From an uncultured bacterium (GTDB lineage Bacteria > Acidobacteriota > DATKUA01): a DNA stretch of 64,000 bases. Below are positions 1 through 9,208 of this stretch, one piece after another; position 1 is the first letter of the stretch, and the number at the start of each line of letters is the position of its first letter. The stretch covers positions 12,372-76,371 of the forward strand of contig CBFCZO010000003.1 in NCBI GenBank assembly GCA_965602675.1. The letters are read 5' to 3'. The notes beneath the pieces were generated by a model, which did not search any database, was not told the DNA's origin, and saw only the letters and a list, made by a program, of their open reading frames with translations. A program made the position numbers and the translations under genes.

Positions 1-948
1 ATATTAAGACTCGCGATATCTGTCGCCCTGCTGGCATACCTGCTTTTCGTCACCATCCCAACGGAAGATCTCTCGAAGATTTTTACCCTCTTCTTCAGCA
101 GCGACCTGTACAATCTTTTCCTGGCGCTGCTTTGCGTTTTAGGCGACCGCTTTCTCAGCGCCTGGAAGTGGCTGCTTCTGCTTCGCATCAGGGAGCCGAA
201 CACGCCGGTGCTGCCGGTGCTGGAGATATTCTTCGTCAGCACCTTCCTCGGCTATTTCCTGCCTTCGTCGATCGGTGGCGACGCTCTACGCGCTTATTCG
301 CTGAGCCGCATCAATCGCGACCTCGCGGGCAGCGCCTCGTCGGTGGCGATCGACAGGGCCTACGGCATCCTCGGCCTGCTCTCTATCAGCGCGGTTGTGC
401 TAATACCCGCGATCGGCACGTTTGTAACTGTTGCCGACGCGGCTGTCATCTGGGCGGCTGCGATAGTCGGGCTTGCCGGCGTTGTGCTGATCTCCAGCCG
501 CACGGTTTATCGCTGGTTCTCTCGGGTGGCCGGCCTTAAGAAGGGCGGAGTCATCCGCGGCAAGATCAGTAGGCTGGTAAATGCTTCCGCGGAGTTCGCC
601 GGCAGGAAACGGGTGCTTGCCAGAGTCTTCAGCTACTCAATGGTTGTGCAGATTTTACGCGTGCTGCTCGGCGTCTTCTGCGGCGCGGCGTTGGGGCTCG
701 AGGTGGACCTCGCATCCTATTTTATCGCTATGCCGATAGTCGTTGTGGTGACGCTGCTGCCGATCTCGATCGCCGGATTTGGCGTACGCGAGGCGGCGTT
801 CATCTACTTTTTCACCCGCGCAGGAGTGCCCGCGTATGCCTGCCTCTCATTCTCGCTGCTCTATTTCGCGATGGGTATCCTGGTGCTGATCCCGGGCGCA
901 TTCATCTTCGCTCTCTACGGCATGGGACGCCGCAAAGCCGAACAATAA
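1..948 (+). CDS. UPF0104 / lysyl-phosphatidylglycerol-synthase-TM-like (flippase-like) integral membrane protein, 5' partial
   Basis: Frame 1 is open from nt 1 to the TAA at 946-948. The product is a polytopic hydrophobic protein with FLGYFLPSSIGGDALRAY and GFGVREAAFIYFF motifs typical of this family. A paralog lies at 42280-43266. Confidence 0.6.
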   Translation: MLRLAISVALLAYLLFVTIPTEDLSKIFTLFFSSDLYNLFLALLCVLGDRFLSAWKWLLLLRIREPNTPVLPVLEIFFVSTFLGYFLPSSIGGDALRAYSLSRINRDLAGSASSVAIDRAYGILGLLSISAVVLIPAIGTFVTVADAAVIWAAAIVGLAGVVLISSRTVYRWFSRVAGLKKGGVIRGKISRLVNASAEFAGRKRVLARVFSYSMVVQILRVLLGVFCGAALGLEVDLASYFIAMPIVVVVTLLPISIAGFGVREAAFIYFFTRAGVPAYACLSFSLLYFAMGILVLIPGAFIFALYGMGRRKAEQ

Positions 949-954
949 AAACGC

Positions 955-1776
955 TTATAACGATTTCGCTTTTCTGAAAAAGTGATCGTGCGGGAAGTCT
1001 CGCGTGATTATCTCGTGCAACGCCGCGTGGATCAGGGAGTTGCTGGCCAGCAAGTTACCGGTTTCAACATGCCTGCTGCCCAATTCGACATCCGTCACCC
1101 GCCCGCCTGCCTCCTCAACAATCAGTGATCCGGCAGCGATGTCCCACGGGCTGAGGCCGAATTCCCAGAAGCCGTCGGCGCGGCCGCAAGCGACATATGA
1201 AAGATCGATCGCCGCGCTGCCACAGCGCCGCAGGCCGGACGCAGCAGGCAGCAACCTGCGGAACACGGTGATGAAGTCTTCGAGGTACTGCGCCGCCTTG
1301 AACGGGAAGCCGGTGAGGATGAGGGCGGGCGCGAGCTCAGCAGTCGCCGTAACCTGGATCGGTTCGCCGTTGAGGGTTGATCCTTGGCCCCGAACGGCCG
1401 AAAAGAGCTCACCGCGCGTCGGGTCGAGCACTACTCCAACGGCCAACTCACCGTCCACCTCCGCCGCAATTGAAATGGAGTAGATCGGGAAGCCGTGGAT
1501 GTAGTTGGTGGTCCCGTCGAGCGGATCGATGATCCAGCGCACGCCGCTGCCGGAATCGCGCAGGCCGCTCTCCTCGGCGAGGATCTTGTGGTCGGGATGT
1601 CGGGTGAGGATCGTGCCGATGATCGCCCGCTCGCTCGCCCGGTCGACTTCGGTAACGTAGTCGTTATGACCTTTGAGATCAGCCTCTGCGACCGAGAGAG
1701 TGGCGGCGTGCCTCCTCAGTATATCTGCCGCCTTTTCGGCGGCAAGAATGGCAGTTTCCAGAAGTTGCCTGGGCAT
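955..1776 (-). CDS. suhB: inositol monophosphatase family protein (SuhB-like)
   Basis: 273 aa with an ATG start. Motifs ILAEESG, WIIDPLDGTTNYIHGFP and GSAAIDLSYVACGRADGFWE are diagnostic of the IMPase/SuhB family. Confidence 0.85.
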   Translation of the reverse strand: MPRQLLETAILAAEKAADILRRHAATLSVAEADLKGHNDYVTEVDRASERAIIGTILTRHPDHKILAEESGLRDSGSGVRWIIDPLDGTTNYIHGFPIYSISIAAEVDGELAVGVVLDPTRGELFSAVRGQGSTLNGEPIQVTATAELAPALILTGFPFKAAQYLEDFITVFRRLLPAASGLRRCGSAAIDLSYVACGRADGFWEFGLSPWDIAAGSLIVEEAGGRVTDVELGSRHVETGNLLASNSLIHAALHEIITRDFPHDHFFRKAKSL

Positions 1777-1902
1777 GACTCCAACGCCGTTCGTTGTCAG
1801 GCCACAACGGTACTTAAAGAAAGACGGTGGGTCAATTGAGGAAAAGGTACTGGGAAAATGGTTGGCCGCTGAAAAAATGTGGTGGACTGTATTTGGCGTC
1901 TC

Positions 1903-2844
1903 TTACTTTTGTTTTAATGCCTTCTTGACCTTCCTCTCCAGTTTCCTGGGGAAATACCCCTTTTTCTTCCAGAAGATTTTCCCTTCGCGATCGATGATGA
2001 AATTGTAGGGTAATGCGCTTACCCATTCGTTGAAGTAAACTCTGCTGCCCCAGTAATAAATGTAGTAGACGCCACGCGGAGTATCACGAAGGACCGGAGT
2101 CGAGAGGCCGAATGTCCTGGCCCAGCGTTTGCAGTCCTGGGTTGTGGCACGCATACCATTTTCATCGCTTTCGATTGCCGTGAGCACGACGAGCCCATCG
2201 TCTTTGTAGTTCTGATACAGCGTTTCGAGATCGCGCGCCTCGGTCTGGCAAATGCCGCACCACCAAGAGCAGAAATCGAGGAGAACGACCTTGCCCCTGT
2301 AATCCGACAATCTGACCATCTTGCCGTTGTGATCGTACAGCTCGAAGTCATAGGCGTAATCGCCCACCTTAACCCCCTGCGTCTCGCCCTGGGGGATTTC
2401 CTCGTGCGTAAGGGTGACTGGTTCCGACGGCTCCGTCTGGCGGCCGAATTTGTCCTCTATTACTACTGTCAAATCGCACGTTTCCCAGTTTTCGGCGAGC
2501 ACGGAGATGTAAGTTGTAAACTTGCCCTTGCTTTTCTTGAACACCTTCGATTCAGCAGGGAGGTTGCCGATGCCTTTCATCTTGCCGGTGTAAGGAAAGA
2601 AGTCGTAGAGAATTATCACCCTGCCGCCAAAGATGTTGTTCCCGGGATTATTAAATCGGAATGTGACCTTCAGCATATTTATCCGGTTCGTGGCGAGCTT
2701 CGTCGGTGTGACTTTCAGTGAGGTTACCTCCGCCATCGCTTTTCCTGCAGGTTCGGTCTCGTCGAAAGCATATTGGGAGTTCGTCATTAGAGAAGTGCAA
2801 ATGATTAGACAAATTAACAGTTGAAAACCGCGTTTAATCATCAT
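1903..2844 (-). CDS. secreted TlpA/ResA-type thiol-disulfide oxidoreductase with an extra N-terminal domain
   Basis: The C-terminal thioredoxin fold carries a WCGIC (CxxC) motif in the context VVLLDFCSWWCGICQ. The N-terminus MMIKRGFQLLICLIICTSL looks like a signal peptide. A GGAG lies 6 nt upstream of ATG 2844, though ATG 2856 or 2841 are also possible starts. The longer track ORF to 2997 is not supported. Confidence 0.7.
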   Translation of the reverse strand: MMIKRGFQLLICLIICTSLMTNSQYAFDETEPAGKAMAEVTSLKVTPTKLATNRINMLKVTFRFNNPGNNIFGGRVIILYDFFPYTGKMKGIGNLPAESKVFKKSKGKFTTYISVLAENWETCDLTVVIEDKFGRQTEPSEPVTLTHEEIPQGETQGVKVGDYAYDFELYDHNGKMVRLSDYRGKVVLLDFCSWWCGICQTEARDLETLYQNYKDDGLVVLTAIESDENGMRATTQDCKRWARTFGLSTPVLRDTPRGVYYIYYWGSRVYFNEWVSALPYNFIIDREGKIFWKKKGYFPRKLERKVKKALKQK

Positions 2845-2902
2845 GGCTTTCTCCATGCTGTAATCAAATGACGTCTGCCTATGCCTACTCAATATATTTG
2901 AG

Positions 2903-2942
2903 AAACAAAAAACCCAGGCAGAATGGGCACTCCCTCTGCCTG
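2903..2942 (-). terminator. rho-independent terminator downstream of queA
   Basis: An 8-bp stem CAGGCAGA (2915-2922) pairs with TCTGCCTG (2935-2942) around a 12-nt loop. On the minus strand it is followed by GG TTTTTT G TTT (plus-strand A-run 2907-2912). Confidence 0.6.
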
Positions 2943-3018
2943 TTTTAGTAATGCGAAAATTGGATAATATTAGATCATAATTAGCGAGTAGTGACAAGTG
3001 ATTCTGCGGAAACGCGAA

Positions 3019-4059
3019 TTACAGAATCAGCATGCAGTCGCCGTAGCTGTAGAAGCGGTAGCCGGCGCGTTTGGCTTTTTCGTATGCGGAGAAAGTTGTC
3101 TCGCGCCCAGCGAAGGCGCAAACCAGCATTAACAGTGTGCTGCGCGGCAAATGAAAATTAGTCAGCAATACATCGACAGCGCGGAAATGATGGCCGGGGC
3201 GGATGAAAAGATCTGTCCAGCCGCAGCCGGCCTTGACCGATCCGGTGTGATCATCCCAGACGGATTCAAGAGTGCGGACGGCCGTGGTGCCGACGGCGAC
3301 GATTCGCCCCCCAGCACCGCGGGCTGCGTTGATTGCCGCGGCGGCATCTTCACCTATTTCGTAGCGCTCGCTGTCCATACGATGATTCTCGATTTCATCG
3401 ACCTTCACGGGCTGGAAGGTGCCTGGGCCGACATGGAGCGTCAGCCGCGCGATATCGATCCCGCGTGATCGGATTTCATCCATTACGTTTTTGGTGAAAT
3501 GCAGTCCGGCGGTGGGCGCGGCAACGGCGCCGGGCTTGTCAGCGTAAACCGTTTGGTAGCGGGTGCGGTCGCCCTCCTCCGGCTCGTCACGCTTGATGTA
3601 AGGGGGTAGGGGAGTAAGGCCGGTGCGTTCGAGCACCTCTTCGAAATCGCCTTTAAAAATGAAACGGACGGCGCGCGTACCACCCTCGGTGCGCTCCACT
3701 ACCTCCCCTGAAAGCTCTTTTGAGAAGACGATTGAATCTCCCGGGCGGACTCTGCGACCGGGATTAACCATGCAGCGCCAGGTGTTACTTTCAATCGGGT
3801 GGATCAACAGCACTTCGACGCGGGCGCCGGTTGAGCGGCGGCCGAGCAGTCGCGCCGGGATCACGCGTGTGTCGTTAAGCACAAGCACATCGCCGGGTTC
3901 CAGGTATGACGGGAGATCGCTGAACCGGTGATGTTCGACGCCGCCGTTGCGCGACACAACCATTAGGCGCGAGCTATCGCGCGGCTCGACCGGGTGCTGA
4001 GCGACTTTCTCCGGCGGAAGGTGGTAATCGAAGTCCGAGAGCCTCAATCGCGCCTCCAT
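3019..4059 (-). CDS. queA: S-adenosylmethionine:tRNA ribosyltransferase-isomerase
   Basis: The N-terminus has LSDFDYHLPPEKVAQHP, and internal PLPPYI and AAPTAGLHFT motifs are typical of QueA. Length is about 347 aa. ATG at 4059 is preferred over the TTG at 4065. Confidence 0.9.
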   Translation of the reverse strand: MEARLRLSDFDYHLPPEKVAQHPVEPRDSSRLMVVSRNGGVEHHRFSDLPSYLEPGDVLVLNDTRVIPARLLGRRSTGARVEVLLIHPIESNTWRCMVNPGRRVRPGDSIVFSKELSGEVVERTEGGTRAVRFIFKGDFEEVLERTGLTPLPPYIKRDEPEEGDRTRYQTVYADKPGAVAAPTAGLHFTKNVMDEIRSRGIDIARLTLHVGPGTFQPVKVDEIENHRMDSERYEIGEDAAAAINAARGAGGRIVAVGTTAVRTLESVWDDHTGSVKAGCGWTDLFIRPGHHFRAVDVLLTNFHLPRSTLLMLVCAFAGRETTFSAYEKAKRAGYRFYSYGDCMLIL

Positions 4060-4183
4060 TAGCAATTTGTCCCCGCCGGCGTTGGCGGCCTCCGGCTGCT
4101 ATGTTATGCTATCTCACGGCGCCCGCCGGGGAAAGGCGGACGCCCGCAGTTTTTCCAAACAGACTTCAAAACAGGAATTCGTC

Positions 4184-6274
4184 ATGAGAGATCTGACTCC
4201 CATCCTCTCCCCCCGTTCGATAGCAGTGGTCGGCGCTTCGTCGCGGCCCCTCTCGGTCGGCTGGGAGACGATGAATAGCATACTCCGCTTCGGATTCACC
4301 GGGGTGGTCTACCCTGTGAATCCCAAGGCTCCTGAGATAAACGGCCTTAAAGCCTACCCTTCGATTCCTGATATACACGATCCCGTCGACCTGGCGATCA
4401 TGGTGGTCAAACGCGACCTGGTGCTGCCGGCGATGGAGCAATGCGCCGAGGTGGGTGTCAAGGGAGTCATCGTTATAACCGCCGGTTTCAAGGAGATCGG
4501 CGGCGAAGGGATTGTGCTGGAAGAGAAGATAACCGCCATCGCACGCGAGGCAGGGATGGTGATGATCGGTCCCAATTGCATGGGCGTTTTCAATACCAAT
4601 CCCGAGGTGAAGCTCAACGCTACGTTTGCGCGCTTCGATCCCAAGCGCGGCCCGGTCGGCTTCATCAGCCAGAGCGGAGCCATGGGTGCGCAGATTCTCG
4701 ACTTTGCCAGCGAGCGCCACTTCGGCTTCTCGAAATTTGTCAGCATCGGCAACAAGAGCGATATAGATGAGAACGACGCACTCGAGGTCTTTGCGCAGGA
4801 CGATGAGGTGGGCGTGATCATCCTCTATCTGGAGAGCTTCGCCAACGCCGAACGATTCCGTGAAGTTTGCTCAGCAGCCTCTCGCGTCAAGCCCGTGGTG
4901 GTGCTGAAAGCGGGGCGTAGCGAGGCGGGAGCGAAGGCCGCATCTTCCCACACCGGTGCGCTCGCAGGCTCCGATATCGCCGTCGATTCGCTTCTGGCAA
5001 GCTGTGGAGCGATGCGTGTGGATACAGTCGGCGAGTTACTCTCCGTGTCGCAGTTCTTCAGCGCGGCTCATCGACCCGAGGGCAACCGCATCACGATGGT
5101 CACCAACGCCGGCGGACCGGGGATCATTGCCACGGACGAGTTGGAAAACGCCGGTTTCGTCTTCCCTGAGCTGGAGGAACGGACGGTTGCCAGGCTGAAA
5201 GAGCAGCTTCCCCCTGAAGCCTCCTGCGCCAATCCCGTCGACGTGCTGCCCGGCACCGGCGCGAAAGGTTATGAGATTGCCGTGGAGGCGCTCAGCAACG
5301 ACAAGAACGTCGACATGCTGATCGTGATGTGGACCTCTCCCGTAATGGTCAAGACGACATGGGTGGTGGAAGCGATCAAGCCGCTGTGTGAGAAGAGCCC
5401 GATTCCGATAATCGGCATGTTCTCAGGCGCCAGCGACGTGATGATCGACGCCGCGCCCCTCGGCGAGCTCGGCATCCCGATCTTCAGCCACGCCCCGGGC
5501 GTCAGGGCTGGTTTGGTGGCCGGGAAGCGCTACCGCGAGTGGCTCGAGCGCAAGCCGGTTCCACCCAGGGCATTCGAAGTCCAGCGCGACAAGGTTGCGG
5601 CCGTAATCGACAAGGCCGGGGAAGGATGGCTGGAGGCCGAGGACGCCTTCGCCGTGCTGGAGGGCTACGGACTTCCCACAGCACGGAGCAGGGTGGTGGT
5701 GGCTGAGGCCGACATCGCGGCAGGGGCGGGCGGCCTGCGTTTCCCGCTGGTGATGAAGATCGTCTCGCCGGACATCCTGCACAAGAGCGACGTTGGCGGC
5801 GTGATTGTAGGCATCGAAAATCTCGAAGAGCTGGCTGAGGCGAAGACAAACATGCTTGGCGTGCTGGGCGAAACCGCAGCAGGTGCGAAGATCAATGGCT
5901 TCCTGCTGCAGGAGATGGCGCGCGGCGAAACGGAACTGATAGTCGGCGTTAACCGCGAGCCGGGCTTCGGTCCACTGATCATGTGCGGTCTCGGCGGTGT
6001 TTACGTCGAAGTGCTCAAGGACGTCGCTTTCAGTCTTGCGCCGCTGGCGGGTGACGAGCCGATGCGCATGCTCGAGCGGCTGCGTTCAGCGCCGATACTG
6101 CGAGGCGTGCGCGGCTCGAAGGGTATCGATATTGGTGCGGTTGCCGACGTTATATCCCGTGTCAGCCAATTGGTGACGGAGCACCCACGAATTGAGCAGC
6201 TCGATATCAATCCCCTGATGTCCGGCGCAGAGAGCTGCATGGCGGTTGACGCGCGAATAAAAGTGGTGAAATAG
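4184..6274 (+). CDS. acetate--CoA ligase (ADP-forming) family protein, fused CoA-binding/ligase and ATP-grasp domains
   Basis: About 697 aa. The N-terminal CoA-binding signature is SIAVVGASSRP...G, followed by succinyl-CoA-synthetase-like flavodoxin domains (ISQSGAMG, SHTGALAG). The C-terminal ATP-grasp has FPLVMKIVSPDILHKSDVGGV. Start is set at the ATG of MRDLTPIL; the track extension from 4067 is a TTG with no support. Confidence 0.8.
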   Translation: MRDLTPILSPRSIAVVGASSRPLSVGWETMNSILRFGFTGVVYPVNPKAPEINGLKAYPSIPDIHDPVDLAIMVVKRDLVLPAMEQCAEVGVKGVIVITAGFKEIGGEGIVLEEKITAIAREAGMVMIGPNCMGVFNTNPEVKLNATFARFDPKRGPVGFISQSGAMGAQILDFASERHFGFSKFVSIGNKSDIDENDALEVFAQDDEVGVIILYLESFANAERFREVCSAASRVKPVVVLKAGRSEAGAKAASSHTGALAGSDIAVDSLLASCGAMRVDTVGELLSVSQFFSAAHRPEGNRITMVTNAGGPGIIATDELENAGFVFPELEERTVARLKEQLPPEASCANPVDVLPGTGAKGYEIAVEALSNDKNVDMLIVMWTSPVMVKTTWVVEAIKPLCEKSPIPIIGMFSGASDVMIDAAPLGELGIPIFSHAPGVRAGLVAGKRYREWLERKPVPPRAFEVQRDKVAAVIDKAGEGWLEAEDAFAVLEGYGLPTARSRVVVAEADIAAGAGGLRFPLVMKIVSPDILHKSDVGGVIVGIENLEELAEAKTNMLGVLGETAAGAKINGFLLQEMARGETELIVGVNREPGFGPLIMCGLGGVYVEVLKDVAFSLAPLAGDEPMRMLERLRSAPILRGVRGSKGIDIGAVADVISRVSQLVTEHPRIEQLDINPLMSGAESCMAVDARIKVVK

Positions 6275-6281
6275 TACCCCC

Positions 6282-6737
6282 ATGAAACCAGTGGCGGAGA
6301 GCGCCGATTCCCTCCTGGGATTAGCCCGGAGAAACGATGGGAGGATGTTGCTCCTGATCCGGGATCTTTTCGCCTCAGCGGCCGGCCCGGCCGCCGACAG
6401 GATACAACCGCAATCCTTTCAACAAGGGGAACTCATCCTGATCGCAGCGGAGGAGCGCTGGCTCTCGGTAGGGCGAGAGAGTGTTGACGATTTGCGTGCA
6501 AAGCTCAACCGGATGCTTGGCCGCAAGATAATAAAACGAATCATCATCAGGCTGGGAGAACTTCCCCGGCAGAAGCACTCTGTCGCACAACCGAAGCGAG
6601 TGGTAAAAAAAGCGTCTCCGCCACGCGAAGTGGCAGAGACTGCTGCTATAATTGGAGACGAGCGTGTGCGCGAGGCTTTTCTCGCGCTGGCGGCAAGCGT
6701 TACCGCCTTGCGTGGCACCGATAAGGAACGGAAGTGA
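6282..6737 (+). CDS. DUF721/DciA-like small protein (tentative)
   Basis: 151 aa, with an ATG 7 nt after the preceding stop. The central segment (QPQSFQQGELILIAAEERWLSVGRESVDDLRAKLNRMLG..IIIRLGE) fits my recollection of the DUF721 pattern. No catalytic motifs are present. Confidence 0.35.
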   Translation: MKPVAESADSLLGLARRNDGRMLLLIRDLFASAAGPAADRIQPQSFQQGELILIAAEERWLSVGRESVDDLRAKLNRMLGRKIIKRIIIRLGELPRQKHSVAQPKRVVKKASPPREVAETAAIIGDERVREAFLALAASVTALRGTDKERK

Positions 6738-6738
6738 T

Positions 6739-7776
6739 ATGGGTCGCTTTGCAGAGTCGATGAGGGATTTCTGGGAAGGGATTGGGGGTTTTTTATCCCT
6801 CGGCGGGCGCGACCTGGCGAATAAAATCGGCAGCCTCGTGCGCGGCATCCGGGTTCGCAATCTGGAAAAGGCGATAGCTGCCAGGCAGGTGGAACTGGGC
6901 CGTAAAGCATGGTCCCTGAAGATTCTCACCACCGATTCTTTCCCGGTTGTCGACAAAATCGATTCCTACGACCGGGGCATCGCGGCAAAGCAGAATGCCA
7001 TTGAGGAACTAAAGGCGCGGATAGGGGACCAGCAGAAGCAGAAGCAGAACCACCTTGCCCTGTATCAGAATAAGATTAACGAGCAGTTGAAGCAGAGGCA
7101 GCCCGTGGATGAGGAATACACGGGTCTGCTGGTTGAGGCAAAGCGCCTGAAACGCGAACTGGCCTCCACGCAGGACGATATTATTTCTCTCGAAAGGAAG
7201 CACGAGCTTCAATCGAAGCGCCTCGAGGAGTCGAAGAATGAGGGCGGAGAGGGGAGCGAAGAGTATGTGCTCTCAGAAATCCGCCACGAGATTCAGTTTG
7301 TCGAGCGATCAATCAATCTCAAGCGGGAGAAGGTTGAATTCCTGAAAGTGAGGTCGGAAGAGAAGTCGCAGGGTGCCGAACGCACCGGTAAGGTTGTCGC
7401 GCAATACGACCGTCACATCGCCGACATGCGCAGGCAGCAGCGCGAGGGCACCGCACAACTTGATGCCTCACTTCGCAAGCTGGATATCAGCCGACATCAA
7501 ATCGAGCGCGATATCCGTAAGCTCCGCAGGGAAATGCGCCCCCTTTTCGGCGAGCTGGGCTTGGAATTGCGCAGGCGTCCGTTCGATGTTCCGGAGCTTG
7601 CGCGCGAGTACGCCGAGACAAATGCGATCGAGAACGAGAAGGAGAGGCAAAGAGCCGAGATCCTTCGGCTCCGCTCCGACTCGGCAAGCATCGGCTTCGG
7701 AATAAAGTTCGGTTTTTATGGCATGATCCTATTGCTCTTAGTGCTTATCACGTGGTGGCTGATCATCCTCTTCTAG
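6739..7776 (+). CDS. coiled-coil protein with C-terminal transmembrane anchor
   Basis: The ATG lies 1 nt after the upstream TGA (GTGATATGG). About 300 aa are heptad-rich and K/E/R/Q-rich. The C-terminus is hydrophobic (FGFYGMILLLLVLITWWLIILF). No family was recognised. Confidence 0.55.
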   Translation: MGRFAESMRDFWEGIGGFLSLGGRDLANKIGSLVRGIRVRNLEKAIAARQVELGRKAWSLKILTTDSFPVVDKIDSYDRGIAAKQNAIEELKARIGDQQKQKQNHLALYQNKINEQLKQRQPVDEEYTGLLVEAKRLKRELASTQDDIISLERKHELQSKRLEESKNEGGEGSEEYVLSEIRHEIQFVERSINLKREKVEFLKVRSEEKSQGAERTGKVVAQYDRHIADMRRQQREGTAQLDASLRKLDISRHQIERDIRKLRREMRPLFGELGLELRRRPFDVPELAREYAETNAIENEKERQRAEILRLRSDSASIGFGIKFGFYGMILLLLVLITWWLIILF

Positions 7777-9102
7777 GCCGAGGTTTTTCAGGATCTTAAT
7801 TGTTCTCCGCCAATCAGGCGTTTTCGCGCCGCGTTGGAATATTTCCCTTAATACCCAACCGCCCGGGTCTCGATCAGGCGAGGCAAGGTTTGGAGCAGTC
7901 AGCGTCTTCGAAATTTTTCCAATTGGCGCGGCGCCTGCCTTGCGCAGCAGAGCACGTGCCGAGAAATGCTGTAAAGCTTCGAAGGCCTTCTTGGGCTGAC
8001 CGTATCGAAGCTCGAGCACAATTATCGTCCGGAAGAGATCAGCGTAGTCGTTTGAAAACCGCCTGAGGTGGTCGAGGGCGAACAAACCCGAGCGCAGGTG
8101 TTCAAGGTCCTTGATCAGCTTTCTACCTGACCGTAGTGCCGCCGCGCGATTGCCTTGCTGAAGGAACGCCTTCATTTCAAGCCATTTCAGAGTGGGACCC
8201 AGGCGTATGGCCAGGCCTGGCGAAAACGTGGCGTTCGACTCTACGACCAGGGCCGTCGCCTGTTCCGCTTCGCCGGCTTCGAGAGCAATGTGAGCGCGGA
8301 GCAGGATGGCTTCGCCCCGGAACTGCTCCACCGCGTCCAACCAGCCTTCTTCTTCCAGCAACATCAAAGCGTTCTGTGCCGCACTGAAATCATTCTTTTG
8401 TGCCGAAATGCGGGCTTTCTCAAGGAGAAATTCAGCCTCCGTGAGTTTAGTTGGTTTCCCGCTGCGCTCCGGAGCGGTTCCCGGATCTTGGGTTTCGGTA
8501 AGCGACTTTTCCAGTTTCTCGGCCCGGGAAAGGCATCTGCCGCGTAGCTCGGTTTTGGTTGGGATAATTTTCGCCGCGGTTGTTGTGTCGCCGAGGGCCA
8601 GCGCAGCCTCTGCGATATCCAGGCGCGTCTCCACGGCTGATTCATCATCACCGGCTATCCTTGACAGACGAAGCGACTCATACAGGTCGGCGAAAGCCTG
8701 AGCGATCTCCGCAGCTTCCAGCCGGATGAGACCACGCTGGCGCAACAACGAAGCTCTTATGGCGATGTTGCCGTCGTGATCAAGGGATTCAAGCGCGGAG
8801 TCGCATAACTCTGTCGCCTCGCCGGCCTTGCCGTTCAACAACAACAGCCGGGCTTTGAGCGGTAACAAAACGGCGGCGGGAATTCTCGTCTCAAGTGCTT
8901 GAAGGTGACGCCGAGCTTTAAGTCGCCTGCCGGCTAGCAGCGCCATGTTTGTGGCGAGCAGGTGTGCCCTGATGCGCGTCTGAGGGCAACGCTCGCCCCT
9001 GGATTCGCAGAGCCATTCTGCCAATATACGAGAGGCTTCTACTATTTTGCTGTCAGTAAAGGCGGCTTCTGCGGTGCTGAGCAGGCTTGGTTTCTTGGCC
9101 AT
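7738..9102 (-). CDS. hypothetical protein, TPR-like helical repeats
   Basis: Uninterrupted 454-aa ORF with an ATG start. It has Ala/Leu-rich helix-pair repeats, for example NDFSAAQNALMLLEE and LQQGNRAAALRSGRKLI. The 3' end overlaps the convergent gene by 39 nt. Confidence 0.5.
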   Translation of the reverse strand: MAKKPSLLSTAEAAFTDSKIVEASRILAEWLCESRGERCPQTRIRAHLLATNMALLAGRRLKARRHLQALETRIPAAVLLPLKARLLLLNGKAGEATELCDSALESLDHDGNIAIRASLLRQRGLIRLEAAEIAQAFADLYESLRLSRIAGDDESAVETRLDIAEAALALGDTTTAAKIIPTKTELRGRCLSRAEKLEKSLTETQDPGTAPERSGKPTKLTEAEFLLEKARISAQKNDFSAAQNALMLLEEEGWLDAVEQFRGEAILLRAHIALEAGEAEQATALVVESNATFSPGLAIRLGPTLKWLEMKAFLQQGNRAAALRSGRKLIKDLEHLRSGLFALDHLRRFSNDYADLFRTIIVLELRYGQPKKAFEALQHFSARALLRKAGAAPIGKISKTLTAPNLASPDRDPGGWVLREIFQRGAKTPDWRRTIKILKNLGLEEDDQPPRDKH

Positions 9103-9208
9103 AAAATAGGGACGGTTCCTTATTGTTGTGAATTATTCTTGTGCCTATTCTACATGATCTTCGGCATTCAGGTTTGGGGGATTGCGAAAGAAAAACTGAG
9201 AACTGTCC

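Noticed and set aside
4067-4183. N-terminal extensions suggested by the ORF track (for example 4067, 53027, 42296, 48108, 36045, 2997, 26365)
   Set aside because: The extensions begin at TTG or GTG codons without an RBS. They overlap divergent promoters, a terminator hairpin or the upstream gene. Internal ATGs with SD sequences give proteins with canonical N-termini.
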